Shown: positions 36,937 through 46,294 of the stretch, one piece after another | Layout: each line of letters starts with the position of its first letter | Numbering within the stretch: position 1 is the stretch's first letter | IMG/VR virus record: IMGVR_UViG_3300026549_000005 | Location: 1 to 64,000 of that record | DNA: 64,000 bases | From: a virus | Direction: 5' to 3' (one strand) | Program-made: the position numbers and the translations under genes | The notes under the pieces: generated by a model | The model's input: the letters and a program-made list of their open reading frames with translations, nothing else | What the model was told of the DNA's origin: nothing | Database searches by the model: none

Positions 36937-37130
36937 ATTGTTGCACCACCTTTCTTACCACACCAACCATCACCACCACCCATTGCAATTCCCCGCCATT
37001 CAAGCACCCGTTTCATTTTACCTTTACAGATAGGGCAAACCTGCTTTTCTTTTTCCTTATCGTAATTTGAAATGGGAATTTCAACTTCCTGCACCTTATT
37101 GCAGGATTCACACTTAAAATTATAATACAT
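36933..37130 (-). CDS. FmdB-like zinc-ribbon protein
   Basis: FKCESCNK...x...CPICKG. Confidence 0.6.
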   Translation of the reverse strand: MYYNFKCESCNKVQEVEIPISNYDKEKEKQVCPICKGKMKRVLEWRGIAMGGGDGWCGKKGGATI

Positions 37131-37145
37131 ATCTATTCACTCTCC

Positions 37146-37349
37146 TTATAAAAACATTTCTTTTAATATTTCTTCTGTTACACCATTTTTATATTTTTCT
37201 TTTATTGCCTTTATTTTTTCAAGACTATTTTTATATTCCAATCCCGAAAATCTTTCATTGTTTTTTCGCTTTTTTCTAGGCAATAAACCTTTTCTAATAC
37301 GATATATGTATTGGTCTTTTGTTAAGCCTAATTCTTCATAGATTTTCAT
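37146..37349 (-). CDS. small basic protein, paralogue of 40555..40797 (shared IKEKYKNGVT.EI C-terminus)
   Basis: A 31-nt identical DNA stretch is shared with 40.58 kb. Confidence 0.55.
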   Translation of the reverse strand: MKIYEELGLTKDQYIYRIRKGLLPRKKRKNNERFSGLEYKNSLEKIKAIKEKYKNGVTEEILKEMFL

Positions 37350-37726
37350 TTGTTTACCTGTACATGTATCAATTCCCTTGCTTCTTTTGCTCTTGTTTTA
37401 TATCCAATTTTTACTAAAGTTGTTCCACTTACTTTACAGATATTTTTTATAAACATTTCATTTGTTTCAATCCGCTTCACAAGTTCTGTACAAGCGATAT
37501 ATGGTGAAGTCCATTTATTTACAAGCATTAAGATTTTAGTTTCTGTTTTTGCATTTTCTTCTCTTGCAGAATAATCACTTATAATTTTTTTAAGAGAACA
37601 AAAAGCATTCTCAGTTTCTTTTATCAATTCCTCAATCTCCATAAATAATTTTACTCCTTCATATTCTTTTCTTGTAATACCTATTCCCGATAATTCAGTA
37701 AATCTTATATATTCTTTATCTTTCAT
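37346..37726 (-). CDS. hypothetical protein (126 aa)
   Basis: ORF track. Overlap coupling with neighbours. Confidence 0.55.
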   Translation of the reverse strand: MKDKEYIRFTELSGIGITRKEYEGVKLFMEIEELIKETENAFCSLKKIISDYSAREENAKTETKILMLVNKWTSPYIACTELVKRIETNEMFIKNICKVSGTTLVKIGYKTRAKEARELIHVQVNK

Positions 37727-38037
37727 TTTTCTTTTATCTCCTTAGGCAATACAATTTCTTTCCAAGCGATAACATCTTCGTTGTCAAGATAATATTCATC
37801 AAAGTGCCAAGGTTGTTCTTTATATGCCATAAAATAGCCAACCTCAAAATGACTGTTTACTTTGCATAGATAAGGCTTGTCAAATTCTTTTGGTAAATCT
37901 CCGTCTTTTACATAGTGCCATTCGTTAGCCTTGTTATAGCCGAACTCTGCACCGTCTTGCCAAACCTCACTTACATTGTCATACAATGACGGACGGTATT
38001 TATTATTCCACCATTCTTCTGCTTCTTTCTCAAACAT
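37723..38037 (-). CDS. DUF551-like protein
   Basis: WHYVKDGDLPKE pattern. Confidence 0.5.
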   Translation of the reverse strand: MFEKEAEEWWNNKYRPSLYDNVSEVWQDGAEFGYNKANEWHYVKDGDLPKEFDKPYLCKVNSHFEVGYFMAYKEQPWHFDEYYLDNEDVIAWKEIVLPKEIKEK

Positions 38038-38046
38038 ATTTACTCC

Positions 38047-38712
38047 TTAAAATATCGGTAAATCATCAAATAAAGGCATTCCACTTGCTGAAGGCTTAAA
38101 TTCTTCATCATCACTTGTAATACTGAAATCATAAGGGATATGCTCCCAATTGCCTTTATAATCATCTAATTTTTGTGCAAATAGCAGGATTTTTCTAGGC
38201 TGAAGTCTAACCAACATCTCATTCCACCCATCCATGAACAACTGCCGATGCTCTTTCTTGTTCATGCAACCTACATTGCTCACGGCAACAATGCTATCTT
38301 CAGGAACTCCGTCAAAACACCAGCTATAAGAATCTTTTGTTCCCCATTCAATAGTCGGAATAACTTTAATTCCCCTTTCTTGCCAATATCTTGCAACCCA
38401 CTGATTCCTATAATGATTAAAAACCTGCACTGCTTTTGGAAAATCAATGTAAGTTGAAAAATCAGGCTGAAGAACCGCATCGAATTTCTTTAATACTTCC
38501 ACATATCTGTTAGGATAATTCCACACCCTTTCAAACTGATAATCCCATATAAAAAATGTTATGCCCGTTTTTGGTGGTAATTTTGTGTTCATTGCATAAT
38601 TAAAAGTTTTCCACTTTTTAATATCAATATCTGTTACCCTTGCCAATTCAGGCACACCATATTCCCCAACACCCTCATAAAAAGCATCTTTCAAATTAAG
38701 AAAATCACCCAT
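38047..38712 (-). CDS. DUF4417-like protein ending in MPLFDDLPIF
   Basis: The pattern FFIWDYQFERVW...LQPDFSTYIDFP...NHYRNQWVARYWQERGIKVIPT matches my recall of DUF4417. Confidence 0.55.
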   Translation of the reverse strand: MGDFLNLKDAFYEGVGEYGVPELARVTDIDIKKWKTFNYAMNTKLPPKTGITFFIWDYQFERVWNYPNRYVEVLKKFDAVLQPDFSTYIDFPKAVQVFNHYRNQWVARYWQERGIKVIPTIEWGTKDSYSWCFDGVPEDSIVAVSNVGCMNKKEHRQLFMDGWNEMLVRLQPRKILLFAQKLDDYKGNWEHIPYDFSITSDDEEFKPSASGMPLFDDLPIF

Positions 38713-39003
38713 TTATTTCTGCTCCTTATTATTTTTATTTAATTCTGTAATAACTTTTTTATGATTACTTGATTTAATATTCATTTGTTTAACCTTTCTC
38801 ATTAATTGAACATTTTTCCCTTTCTTATATTCTAATTTTTCTTTCAATTTATTTATCTTATCTTCTGCAAACTTATTGGAACATTCCCTACATAAAGGTA
38901 TTTTGTATAAAGGCTCATTCAATAAATCTTTAACAATAAAAACCACGGGGGTTTCTTTCCCGCAAGAAATACAAACTGATTCCTGAAATACTTTTTCAAT
39001 CAT
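38713..39003 (-). CDS. zinc-finger, Lys-rich protein
   Basis: CISCGK ... CRECSNKF. Confidence 0.5.
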   Translation of the reverse strand: MIEKVFQESVCISCGKETPVVFIVKDLLNEPLYKIPLCRECSNKFAEDKINKLKEKLEYKKGKNVQLMRKVKQMNIKSSNHKKVITELNKNNKEQK

Positions 39004-39012
39004 ACTTCAACC

Positions 39013-39771
39013 TCACATATCAAATAATGGCATATTTAATTTTATTTCAGTTTCCACCTTTTCAGGTTCAACTTCTACACTAACTAATTTTTCCTGCTCC
39101 TGAATAGCAAGCCTTTCTTTTATCAAATTTATCCCAACCATAGGTGTTTCAAAAACATCAAAAACTTCCAAACTTATACTATTACCGTGAATTATCGTTG
39201 CAGGAATTCCCAATAAACTCATCTGTATCATTGACATACACACCGCATTCCAAGATAGGTCGGTCATTTCCACATACAAATTCTGCTGAAAGTTTATATC
39301 TTTTTTATAAAATGCCTCAGCAAGGGCAATTATCATTGCACCACCACCGCAAGCAGGCTCGGCAACCTTATATATTTTATTTTTATCAAGATTACCAGGA
39401 ATACTCATTTCAGCACAAACTTGACATACCGAATAAGGTGTAAAAAACTGCCCCATGCTATCACTTCCAAAATCGCAAGCCATGTAGACCTCACCAAGAA
39501 AATCCCTGAATCCATGCTCGAACCCTTCAGTCACCAACGCTAATAATTTTGGGAATTGCTCCTGCACATCTTTCTTGTACTTACCAATTATTGAAAGATA
39601 TTTATTTTCCCTTTCCTGATTAAAATGTGAAACGTTAGCAAACGCATAGCAGGATAATGTTAAAAAATCACAAAACACATCATACATATTATGCTCATAA
39701 GCCATTTTCTGAAGTGTTTTTATGAATTCATTTTGTTCATTGGATTGTACTGTTATTCTTTTACTACTCAT
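39013..39771 (-). CDS. N6-methyltransferase-like SAM-binding protein lacking a recognisable NPPY/F motif
   Basis: FFTPYSV...VAEPACGGGAMI resembles HsdM-type motifs X and I. No (D/N/S)PP(Y/F) follows. The protein ends NMPLFDM. Confidence 0.55.
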   Translation of the reverse strand: MSSKRITVQSNEQNEFIKTLQKMAYEHNMYDVFCDFLTLSCYAFANVSHFNQERENKYLSIIGKYKKDVQEQFPKLLALVTEGFEHGFRDFLGEVYMACDFGSDSMGQFFTPYSVCQVCAEMSIPGNLDKNKIYKVAEPACGGGAMIIALAEAFYKKDINFQQNLYVEMTDLSWNAVCMSMIQMSLLGIPATIIHGNSISLEVFDVFETPMVGINLIKERLAIQEQEKLVSVEVEPEKVETEIKLNMPLFDM

Positions 39772-39773
39772 AC

Positions 39774-39787
39774 ACTTTAATTATAGG
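39774..39787 (-). promoter_or_regulatory. class-2 motif CCTATAATTAAAGT, 8 nt from the ATG (leaderless candidate)
   Basis: Read directly. No SD lies between TATAAT and the ATG. Confidence 0.45.
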
Positions 39788-40010
39788 AAAATACCCCAAA
39801 ATAACGCTATTTCAGGCTCGGTTGATAAAAATATCAGCCTAACCCAAAACAACGCAACACAAGCAATACTCAAGCCAATCAGGGCATATTTTAGATGAAT
39901 AAAGGTGAACTATTTACTGCATTTTCAGTACTTTTTGTTGCAATACCTTTTTTCAAATATTTCAAACCTACCACTAAAGGTCGTTTTTTGCATATTCATC
40001 ATTTTTTCTT

Positions 40011-40316
40011 TTATCTCCTTAATTTTGAATAATCAGTAGCATTAAGTGAATAAAATTGCATATCTATCTTTTTCAAAGACGCAATATGCTTTTTGCTTGC
40101 TAACCTAGACCTTTTTATTAATTCTTCATACTCAATATTACTAAATATCCTTTCTTCAATACACCTTCCGATTTCTTCAATTTTGTTGCTTGAATTAACT
40201 TTTACAAAAATTGTTTCACCATACAAACGATAATCTCTGTCAATTATTTTAGAAAATACAAAAGTATCTGCCAAAAAACAAGGATTGTCTATTTCATAGA
40301 TTGCATCCCATTTCAT
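40011..40316 (-). CDS. hypothetical protein (101 aa)
   Basis: ORF track 40011..40448, trimmed to M45, which is preceded by AAGGAGATAAAAGAAAA. Confidence 0.5.
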   Translation of the reverse strand: MKWDAIYEIDNPCFLADTFVFSKIIDRDYRLYGETIFVKVNSSNKIEEIGRCIEERIFSNIEYEELIKRSRLASKKHIASLKKIDMQFYSLNATDYSKLRR

Positions 40317-40323
40317 TTTTCTT

Positions 40324-40539
40324 TTATCTCCTTGCAGGATAGAAAAATCTGTTTTCACTTCCAATGTCATCTTTGAAAGGGAAAGCATCGTGTTCACTCT
40401 GTCGTATTGTTGTAATGTCAGAACAACATTTACCTTCAACAATCTCAATCAGTTCATTAATGTTGTTTGCAACATAACCCTTTTTACCTTCAAATTTTTT
40501 AGACCATACAAACTTTACTTTTCTTGTCTTGAATTTCAT
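40324..40539 (-). CDS. hypothetical protein (71 aa)
   Basis: ORF track. Has the same 20-nt SD junction upstream. Confidence 0.5.
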   Translation of the reverse strand: MKFKTRKVKFVWSKKFEGKKGYVANNINELIEIVEGKCCSDITTIRQSEHDAFPFKDDIGSENRFFYPARR

Positions 40540-40554
40540 TTTTCTTTTATCTCC

Positions 40555-40797
40555 TTATAGATTATTTATCCATTCATTTATAATTTCTTTTGTTACACCA
40601 TTTTTATATTTTTCTTTTATTCCAGCTATTTTCTTTTCATCATTTTCATAAACCTTACCACTTGCCCTTTTATGTGATTTGGTATATTTACAACACATCC
40701 AAGTTTTCTTGAATAAATCAGCATAACCATCTTTACCCAATTCATTCCTTAATTCAGCAAGTTCCACATCTTTAATCCTTTTCCCCATTTTACACAC
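40555..40797 (-). CDS. small protein, paralogue of 37146..37349
   Basis: Shared C-terminus IKEKYKNGVTKEI. Confidence 0.5.
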   Translation of the reverse strand: MCKMGKRIKDVELAELRNELGKDGYADLFKKTWMCCKYTKSHKRASGKVYENDEKKIAGIKEKYKNGVTKEIINEWINNL

Positions 40798-41635
40798 CTA
40801 ATTCATTTTTAATTATTTCCACTTCATCATGTGTTAATTCACCACCATCATTTTTATTAAAATCTTCATAAGCATTTACAACTTCAACCTCAACACCCAT
40901 TGAGGCAATCTGCATTCCATACTTTCTTGCCTTTTCTTGTGCTTCAGGTTCATTATCAAATAAGATAAAAACCTTTTCAAACCTGCCTGCAATAACTGCA
41001 ATTTGTTCTTCAGTTAAAGCAGACCCAAAACAACACATGGAGTTATCACCTAACATGAAGCAATCAAAAGCACCTTCAGTAAGAATAACCCTGCTTTTAT
41101 TACAGTTATCAAGATTAAATAAACTTGTTTTAGGGTTTACACAACTTTCTTCAATGCTTAAATTCTTATATCTAGGAATTTTCAGTTCATCAGCCTTTTT
41201 CTTACTTAAAATAGTTCTACCCGTCCAAGAAACAATTTTACCATTGATTATAAGCGGAATAATAATTCTATATTTCCATTCCCCAGCAATACCACCACCA
41301 ACAACCCCATATTTTTCATGTAAATATCTAGGTGAAAAGTTCCTGCTTAATAAATATTTTCTTTCAGCAGGTGTAAATGTATCAGTCGGTAATTGCAGGT
41401 GCTTTGCCAATGGAATTCTTTTATTTAATCTAGCAACCGCAACATTTCTAGTTTCATACTGAGCAAGAACCTGATTCACTTCCCCGCTCGGAATAGCGAG
41501 CAACCTCGCCAATGTAGGTGTCGCCTGATGCCCTCCGCACTTCCAACAAGCACAATGCCCATCAGCAAGATTAAATCCCAAATGCTTTGAATGGCTAGAA
41601 GAAGTGCAGTACACGCATTCAACGTTTACACCCAC
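40790..41635 (-). CDS. DNA primase (zinc-binding + Toprim)
   Basis: CVYC...HCACWKCGGH. Toprim motifs ILTEGAFDCF and LFDNEPEAQ. Confidence 0.8.
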   Translation of the reverse strand: MGVNVECVYCTSSSHSKHLGFNLADGHCACWKCGGHQATPTLARLLAIPSGEVNQVLAQYETRNVAVARLNKRIPLAKHLQLPTDTFTPAERKYLLSRNFSPRYLHEKYGVVGGGIAGEWKYRIIIPLIINGKIVSWTGRTILSKKKADELKIPRYKNLSIEESCVNPKTSLFNLDNCNKSRVILTEGAFDCFMLGDNSMCCFGSALTEEQIAVIAGRFEKVFILFDNEPEAQEKARKYGMQIASMGVEVEVVNAYEDFNKNDGGELTHDEVEIIKNELGV

Positions 41636-41714
41636 CCCCTATTTCTTTTTGTTGTATAATCAATACCATAATCTTTGAAAAGTTTTACAAAATCATACAT
41701 TTGTCTTACCCCTT

Positions 41715-42353
41715 TTAGTTTGGCATTACGATTATTCTATAATCATCAGCAACAAATTCTCTAGGTTTTTTAGTTAAATATTCCCTTAAAACTAATTTTT
41801 TTGAAATCGCCAAAATAGCATAAAACTGTTTCATTGGTATCTTAAATTCTGTAATTTCATTTTCATCCGTCAAAAGATTAGTTTCATAAATGTCACCATA
41901 ACTAGCGATTGTTTCAACATCATCATTGTATGTGAAAATAACTTCATCATTAGTGAATGTAACTTCACCACCATTCGATGCAGGAATTCTAATGGTTGGA
42001 TATTTAGAAAAATCAATTACCTTTTCCACATAAGCACCCATAGGAATTGCATTTTCATACTTAAAATCATACTGAGAATAAGGTCTTTCCTCGCCATCAA
42101 TAATGATTTTTTCATCATTGAACTCTATGCTTTTCCTTACGTCTACATCAGCAGGGAAACTGAACCTATCATTATTTGAAACACAATTGGAAACGTCTTT
42201 GATTATCATAATTTTTCCGTTAGTTGCAGTCATAACATTTTTATCAATATAAATCCTATTGTGGTATCTTCTTTCAGATTCACCCCTACTTTTACAAAAT
42301 TTTAACATTACCTTGCAAACTTTCTTAAACTTATCAGCATTTAAGATTATCAT
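41715..42353 (-). CDS. hypothetical protein (212 aa)
   Basis: ORF track 41715..42359 (GTG). An ATG two codons in is preferred. Confidence 0.55.
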   Translation of the reverse strand: MIILNADKFKKVCKVMLKFCKSRGESERRYHNRIYIDKNVMTATNGKIMIIKDVSNCVSNNDRFSFPADVDVRKSIEFNDEKIIIDGEERPYSQYDFKYENAIPMGAYVEKVIDFSKYPTIRIPASNGGEVTFTNDEVIFTYNDDVETIASYGDIYETNLLTDENEITEFKIPMKQFYAILAISKKLVLREYLTKKPREFVADDYRIIVMPN

Positions 42354-42364
42354 ATTCACCTCAC

Positions 42365-42377
42365 ACTTTAATTATAG
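42365..42377 (-). promoter_or_regulatory. class-2 motif TCTATAATTAAAGT
   Basis: Directly after a terminator hairpin and before the SD GAGGTG. Confidence 0.5.
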
Positions 42378-42387
42378 AAATTGAAAT

Positions 42388-42417
42388 AAAAAAGAGGTGC
42401 TTTTACACACCTCTTTA
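42388..42417 (-). terminator. rho-independent terminator
   Basis: AAAGAGGTG ... CACCTCTTT stem, followed on the minus strand by T6. Confidence 0.7.
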
Positions 42418-42440
42418 ACCCCCTTTTTTACTGCCTGATT

Positions 42441-43373
42441 TTATGCAACCATCAGCAAATCCTGAGCGGTCTGCAACATTACATTACCATCAAAGAAATC
42501 TGCCAACTTGTTTTCAGCATAGGTTTTAGTCTGCCTTAATGGAACTGTATTTGAGCAGTAATCCGCAATAGCGTTATACATACCCCAAGCAGTTCCCTTA
42601 AAGTTCTGCAAATCATCTTTTTCATTGTAAATCAGGTGCATTCTTGTCACAACTTCTTCACGGTTCTTTTCATTCATTGTTGCAAGTTTTTTAGTTGCAA
42701 ACAACTCCCTGAAGAATTTTTCTTCATCAATCTTTTTTGCAACAAGTTCTTCAGCAACCTTGCCCATATCATCAAGATATTTTACTGCAAAACCAAGTGA
42801 TTCTTTAGCCTGCAACTGCTTATCTTTAATATTCAAAGTATGTCTGCATCGCCAAACACGCTTTGCCTCTTTCATTGCAAGTTGCAGGGTGTTGTTGCAT
42901 ACAACCCTAACATTTGTAATTCCTGCCATAAGGCTAGAAGTTCCATCATGTGAATTTGTAAAGAACAAGTAATTTTCAACATCATCACCAAGCAGGTTTT
43001 GATTTGGCAATTTTACAAGCAGGAAAATTCTTTTTCCATTCCACAGACTACCTGCGGTTTCATATCGGCATTCAACTTCATCTGATTTTACAATATCATC
43101 AACAAAATCAAATGCCTCATTATTCTGCACAATCTTGTAACGCTCTTTTACAATACCAAGCGGGATATTAGCATCTGTACGAATATTGGCATAATAGCCA
43201 GGCAGTACAATGCCATTTGCCTTAACCTGATACTGCTTTACTTTCCAATCAAGTTTTGCCATCTTAATTGCTTCATCTGAAGTTGGAGCATCTTCAACAA
43301 CAGTTCCAATTCCATGCCAAGGTCTTTCCTTTACCGATAACATCCAATCACAATCCATAAGTCCATGTGCCAT
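42441..43373 (-). CDS. DUF932/TIGR03299-type phage-plasmid protein
   Basis: ERPWHGIGTVVEDAPTSDEAIKMAKLDWKV N-terminal pattern. The start was moved to M22. Confidence 0.65.
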   Translation of the reverse strand: MAHGLMDCDWMLSVKERPWHGIGTVVEDAPTSDEAIKMAKLDWKVKQYQVKANGIVLPGYYANIRTDANIPLGIVKERYKIVQNNEAFDFVDDIVKSDEVECRYETAGSLWNGKRIFLLVKLPNQNLLGDDVENYLFFTNSHDGTSSLMAGITNVRVVCNNTLQLAMKEAKRVWRCRHTLNIKDKQLQAKESLGFAVKYLDDMGKVAEELVAKKIDEEKFFRELFATKKLATMNEKNREEVVTRMHLIYNEKDDLQNFKGTAWGMYNAIADYCSNTVPLRQTKTYAENKLADFFDGNVMLQTAQDLLMVA

Positions 43374-43394
43374 ACACAACTCCTTGTAAGTTTT

Positions 43395-43455
43395 CCTTAC
43401 ATTTATAAATATAAAGCAATTTATATAAAAAGTCAAGTAGTTTTTATAAATTATT
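43395..43455 (-). promoter_or_regulatory. class-1 promoter repeat (TTGACT-17-TATATT) plus 5'UTR hairpin
   Basis: Minus strand: ACTACTTGACTTTTTATATAAATTGCTTTATATTTATAAATGTAAGGAAAACTTACAAGGAG. Confidence 0.6.
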
Positions 43456-43462
43456 TTAATTT

Positions 43463-44257
43463 TTACATAAATAATGGTGAATTTTCATTTATATTTACAT
43501 CTTCCTGAACAAAGCCATTTTCAATTCTTTGCTTAGCAATTTCAAAATACTTATCATCTTTTTCAATACCAATAAAATTCCTATTTGTATTCTTGCAGGC
43601 AACTCCCGTTGAACCACTACCCATGCAATTATCTAAAATTGTATCATTTTCGTTGGTATAAGTTTTAATTAAATACATCAGCAGGGCAACGGGTTTTTGA
43701 GTAGGGTGAAATTTTTCAAAATCCCTCTTATATTTAAGAATGTTATTAGGACAGTTTGTTGACGATATAAATTCTTCATTTGTATTCAGTTTATTTCCAA
43801 GACTTTTATATCCTGATGATTTTCTAAAATTAGAATTAGGATTATTTCTTTTAATCTTCATATTTTTCCTATCCACATTGAATCTTATCGGATTATTGCT
43901 CAGACTTCCTACAGTAGCCTTAGAAAACACACATATATCCTCTGTTTTTTTCAAGGGAGCATAAGATGAATTCAAAAAACCATTAGGAGATTCCTTTTCC
44001 CAAATCCAATTATAACGATATAATTTAAGATTGGAACATATTAAAATTGATGTGAACGGCTGAACTGCAAACAAAACTATAGTTCCGTCATCTTTTATAA
44101 TTCTTTCATATTGATTCCACAATTTGTCAAAAGAAATAACACTATCCCATTTATGAGCAGTAGTTCCATAAGGCAGGTCACATAAAACCATATCAATTGA
44201 TTTATCAGGAATACTTTTCATCAACTCTAAACAATCACCATGTAATAACTGCATCAT
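43463..44257 (-). CDS. DNA N6/N4 methyltransferase (beta class)
   Basis: CDLPYG (motif IV) near the N-terminus. DNCMGSGSTG (motif I) near the C-terminus. The protein ends NSPLFM. Confidence 0.85.
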   Translation of the reverse strand: MMQLLHGDCLELMKSIPDKSIDMVLCDLPYGTTAHKWDSVISFDKLWNQYERIIKDDGTIVLFAVQPFTSILICSNLKLYRYNWIWEKESPNGFLNSSYAPLKKTEDICVFSKATVGSLSNNPIRFNVDRKNMKIKRNNPNSNFRKSSGYKSLGNKLNTNEEFISSTNCPNNILKYKRDFEKFHPTQKPVALLMYLIKTYTNENDTILDNCMGSGSTGVACKNTNRNFIGIEKDDKYFEIAKQRIENGFVQEDVNINENSPLFM

Positions 44258-44271
44258 TAAAACCTCGCTTA

Positions 44272-44283
44272 TTTTAATTATAG
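44272..44283 (-). promoter_or_regulatory. class-2 motif variant CTATAATTAAAA
   Basis: Read directly, upstream of the SD GAGG of the methyltransferase gene. Confidence 0.4.
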
Positions 44284-44592
44284 TTATTTACCATTTAATT
44301 CTTTCATTTTATCTAATATTTCTTTCAACCTGATTAAAATAGTTTCATCTTTTACATAATAAACATATAAAAAATGCACTGTATCATGCGTTTTTTTATT
44401 TAAGCAGGCAAAATGTGTTTCATCTGATATATCGGTATAATCTTTTTCATCAAGGTTAAGATGATGCAAATTCCATCCTGCTCTGAGAGGTCGTAGAGTC
44501 ACGCAATCTACAGACCTCGACTTCTTCAGATAATTCCTAAACTTCTTCCACTTTGCTGATTGCCTGAACTTAGTTTTTTCTTTCTGACTCAC
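44284..44592 (-). CDS. HNH-type endonuclease-like protein (102 aa)
   Basis: WNLHHL...x...CLNKKTHDTVH. Confidence 0.5.
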   Translation of the reverse strand: MSQKEKTKFRQSAKWKKFRNYLKKSRSVDCVTLRPLRAGWNLHHLNLDEKDYTDISDETHFACLNKKTHDTVHFLYVYYVKDETILIRLKEILDKMKELNGK

Positions 44593-44647
44593 AAATTACC
44601 CCATAAATAAAATAAAGCAGGCACAAAAGCACCTGCCTTTTAATCAA

Positions 44648-45856
44648 TTATACCTTAGATTCAGGCTGAGATGAATAGAATTTCTTTTTTCTATTGCTTT
44701 TAATGGAATCTTCAAAATCTTCCCATTTCTTGTCTGCCCTTTCATCAAGTTCCTGCTCAAGATTATTTTCTTCAACATAAGCAATCAATTCATCACGGGT
44801 CATTGTATCACCGAATTTTTCATTGAATTTCTGCTTATATTCTTTTTTAGATTGGATAAACGCAAACATATTTTCAGCATCAGTTCCATCCATATCAGCA
44901 TATCTTGAATCCTGATATTTTTCATACAATTCATTTTCATCAAGAAATTCTTTCAGGGTTTTTTTATCATAATCATTATCACCGTTCCACTGAATAGCAC
45001 CTGCCTTTTTGTTCAACTCACCTTTATCAGTTCTTAAATCAAACAGATAATCAATGCTTGTTCCAATGTTATCAAGTCCATAATCATAAAGGAATGAAAA
45101 GAAACATTCACGATATGGTCTAGGTGTTTTACTTTTTGTTGTTTTAGCCTTTACAACAACACCAACTGCCATATCCTTTTTTTCAATCTTTTTGCAAGTT
45201 GCAAGCCAAAGAACTGAATGAGCATAAAAGTCCATTGCCTTACCACCTGAACGGGAATATTTTTCAAAACTGAACATATCGCAATTTTCACGGATTTGGG
45301 AAATAATAATCACAAGTACATTGCAGTTTTCAATTGTATCACAAAGTTGTGGAAAAAACTCCTGAGATAAATACTTTTGTTTACCCATTCCATAAGTACC
45401 TTTTTCAAGGTCTTTACCATCATCAAAAGCCTTTAATCTTTCTTTTGCCCTATCATCCTGCTCTTTACTTGTCAAACCATCAAGCGAATCAAGAACATAA
45501 ATACCAAATTCACCCTTTTTTAATGATTGACTGAACTTAGTGATATTACAGAAAGCATCTTCAACATTTTTAGAATGTTTTCTTTCTGTTTTATCTTCTG
45601 GCATAATCTCAAATCCATACAAGGATTCTGTATCAAATGAATAACCTGATTCACAATCATCATAAACCCATTTGAACTTATCCCCGTACTGATAATGTGA
45701 AAAAGCAATGAACTCATTACTCAAGAATGTTTTACCTGCTGATTTGTCACCTACAATGTTGATAAATCTACCTGCGGGAACACCCAACACTCCCTTCTTT
45801 CCACCAAGCACCTTATCTAATAATCGGCAACCACTTTTGAAATAAATCTGCTCCAT
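44648..45856 (-). CDS. RecA-superfamily ATPase (UvsX/RadA-like recombinase candidate)
   Basis: Walker A GDKSAGKT, Walker B IYVLDSLD. The start was moved to M27 (AAGGAG SD). Confidence 0.65.
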   Translation of the reverse strand: MEQIYFKSGCRLLDKVLGGKKGVLGVPAGRFINIVGDKSAGKTFLSNEFIAFSHYQYGDKFKWVYDDCESGYSFDTESLYGFEIMPEDKTERKHSKNVEDAFCNITKFSQSLKKGEFGIYVLDSLDGLTSKEQDDRAKERLKAFDDGKDLEKGTYGMGKQKYLSQEFFPQLCDTIENCNVLVIIISQIRENCDMFSFEKYSRSGGKAMDFYAHSVLWLATCKKIEKKDMAVGVVVKAKTTKSKTPRPYRECFFSFLYDYGLDNIGTSIDYLFDLRTDKGELNKKAGAIQWNGDNDYDKKTLKEFLDENELYEKYQDSRYADMDGTDAENMFAFIQSKKEYKQKFNEKFGDTMTRDELIAYVEENNLEQELDERADKKWEDFEDSIKSNRKKKFYSSQPESKV

Positions 45857-45866
45857 TTTCTGCTCC

Positions 45867-46229
45867 TTACCAATTTTCTTTATGGCTATCTTCACGCTTT
45901 TTGATAATTGCTTTAATTCTTTTTGGGTCTGCATACATTACCCCCTTTGCGCCAGCTTTAATTACACCTGAATCTTTATCCTTAATCAGCAAATAGATAT
46001 AAGGCAAACTAACATTCAATTCATCATGCAACTGATTCAGTGTTAAATAACCATCAGGAACTTTTTCATTGTGTTTTTCCACCCATTCAAAGAATTTATC
46101 TTTATCAAAATCAACCCTACCATCAACCTTTTTAATAAATCCTTTCTTATAACCAATCTGATACAAACCTGATTTACTTATACGCAAACCAAGTTCTTCA
46201 CATTTATTAAGTACATCTTTAATGTGCAT
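45867..46229 (-). CDS. hypothetical DNA-binding protein (HTH-like C-terminal half)
   Basis: ORF track 45867..46271, trimmed to M15. The upstream part of the track ORF is a terminator hairpin. Confidence 0.5.
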   Translation of the reverse strand: MHIKDVLNKCEELGLRISKSGLYQIGYKKGFIKKVDGRVDFDKDKFFEWVEKHNEKVPDGYLTLNQLHDELNVSLPYIYLLIKDKDSGVIKAGAKGVMYADPKRIKAIIKKREDSHKENW

Positions 46230-46243
46230 TTTCAACTCCTTAC

Positions 46244-46279
46244 AAAAAAGACCGTTACCCCCGCAAGGCAACGGTCTTT
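46244..46279 (-). terminator. rho-independent terminator
   Basis: GACCGTT ... AACGGTC stem with a GC-rich loop, followed on the minus strand by T6. Confidence 0.7.
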
Positions 46280-46294
46280 GGATTCAATTAATAA

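Noticed and set aside
41037-41462. 141-aa plus-strand ORF inside the primase gene (and similar antisense ORFs at 24945..25331, 25280..25603, 49007..49411, 28659..28979)
   Set aside because: They have no SD or promoter and low-complexity Leu/Ser/Phe-rich sequence. They are antisense to strongly supported genes. Unlike the intein-internal ORF, none has recognisable domains.
41715-42353. Second, half-size sliding-clamp-like protein
   Set aside because: Only a vague resemblance (NRIYIDKNVMTATNGKIMII) to clamp domain strands. This is insufficient without a profile search.
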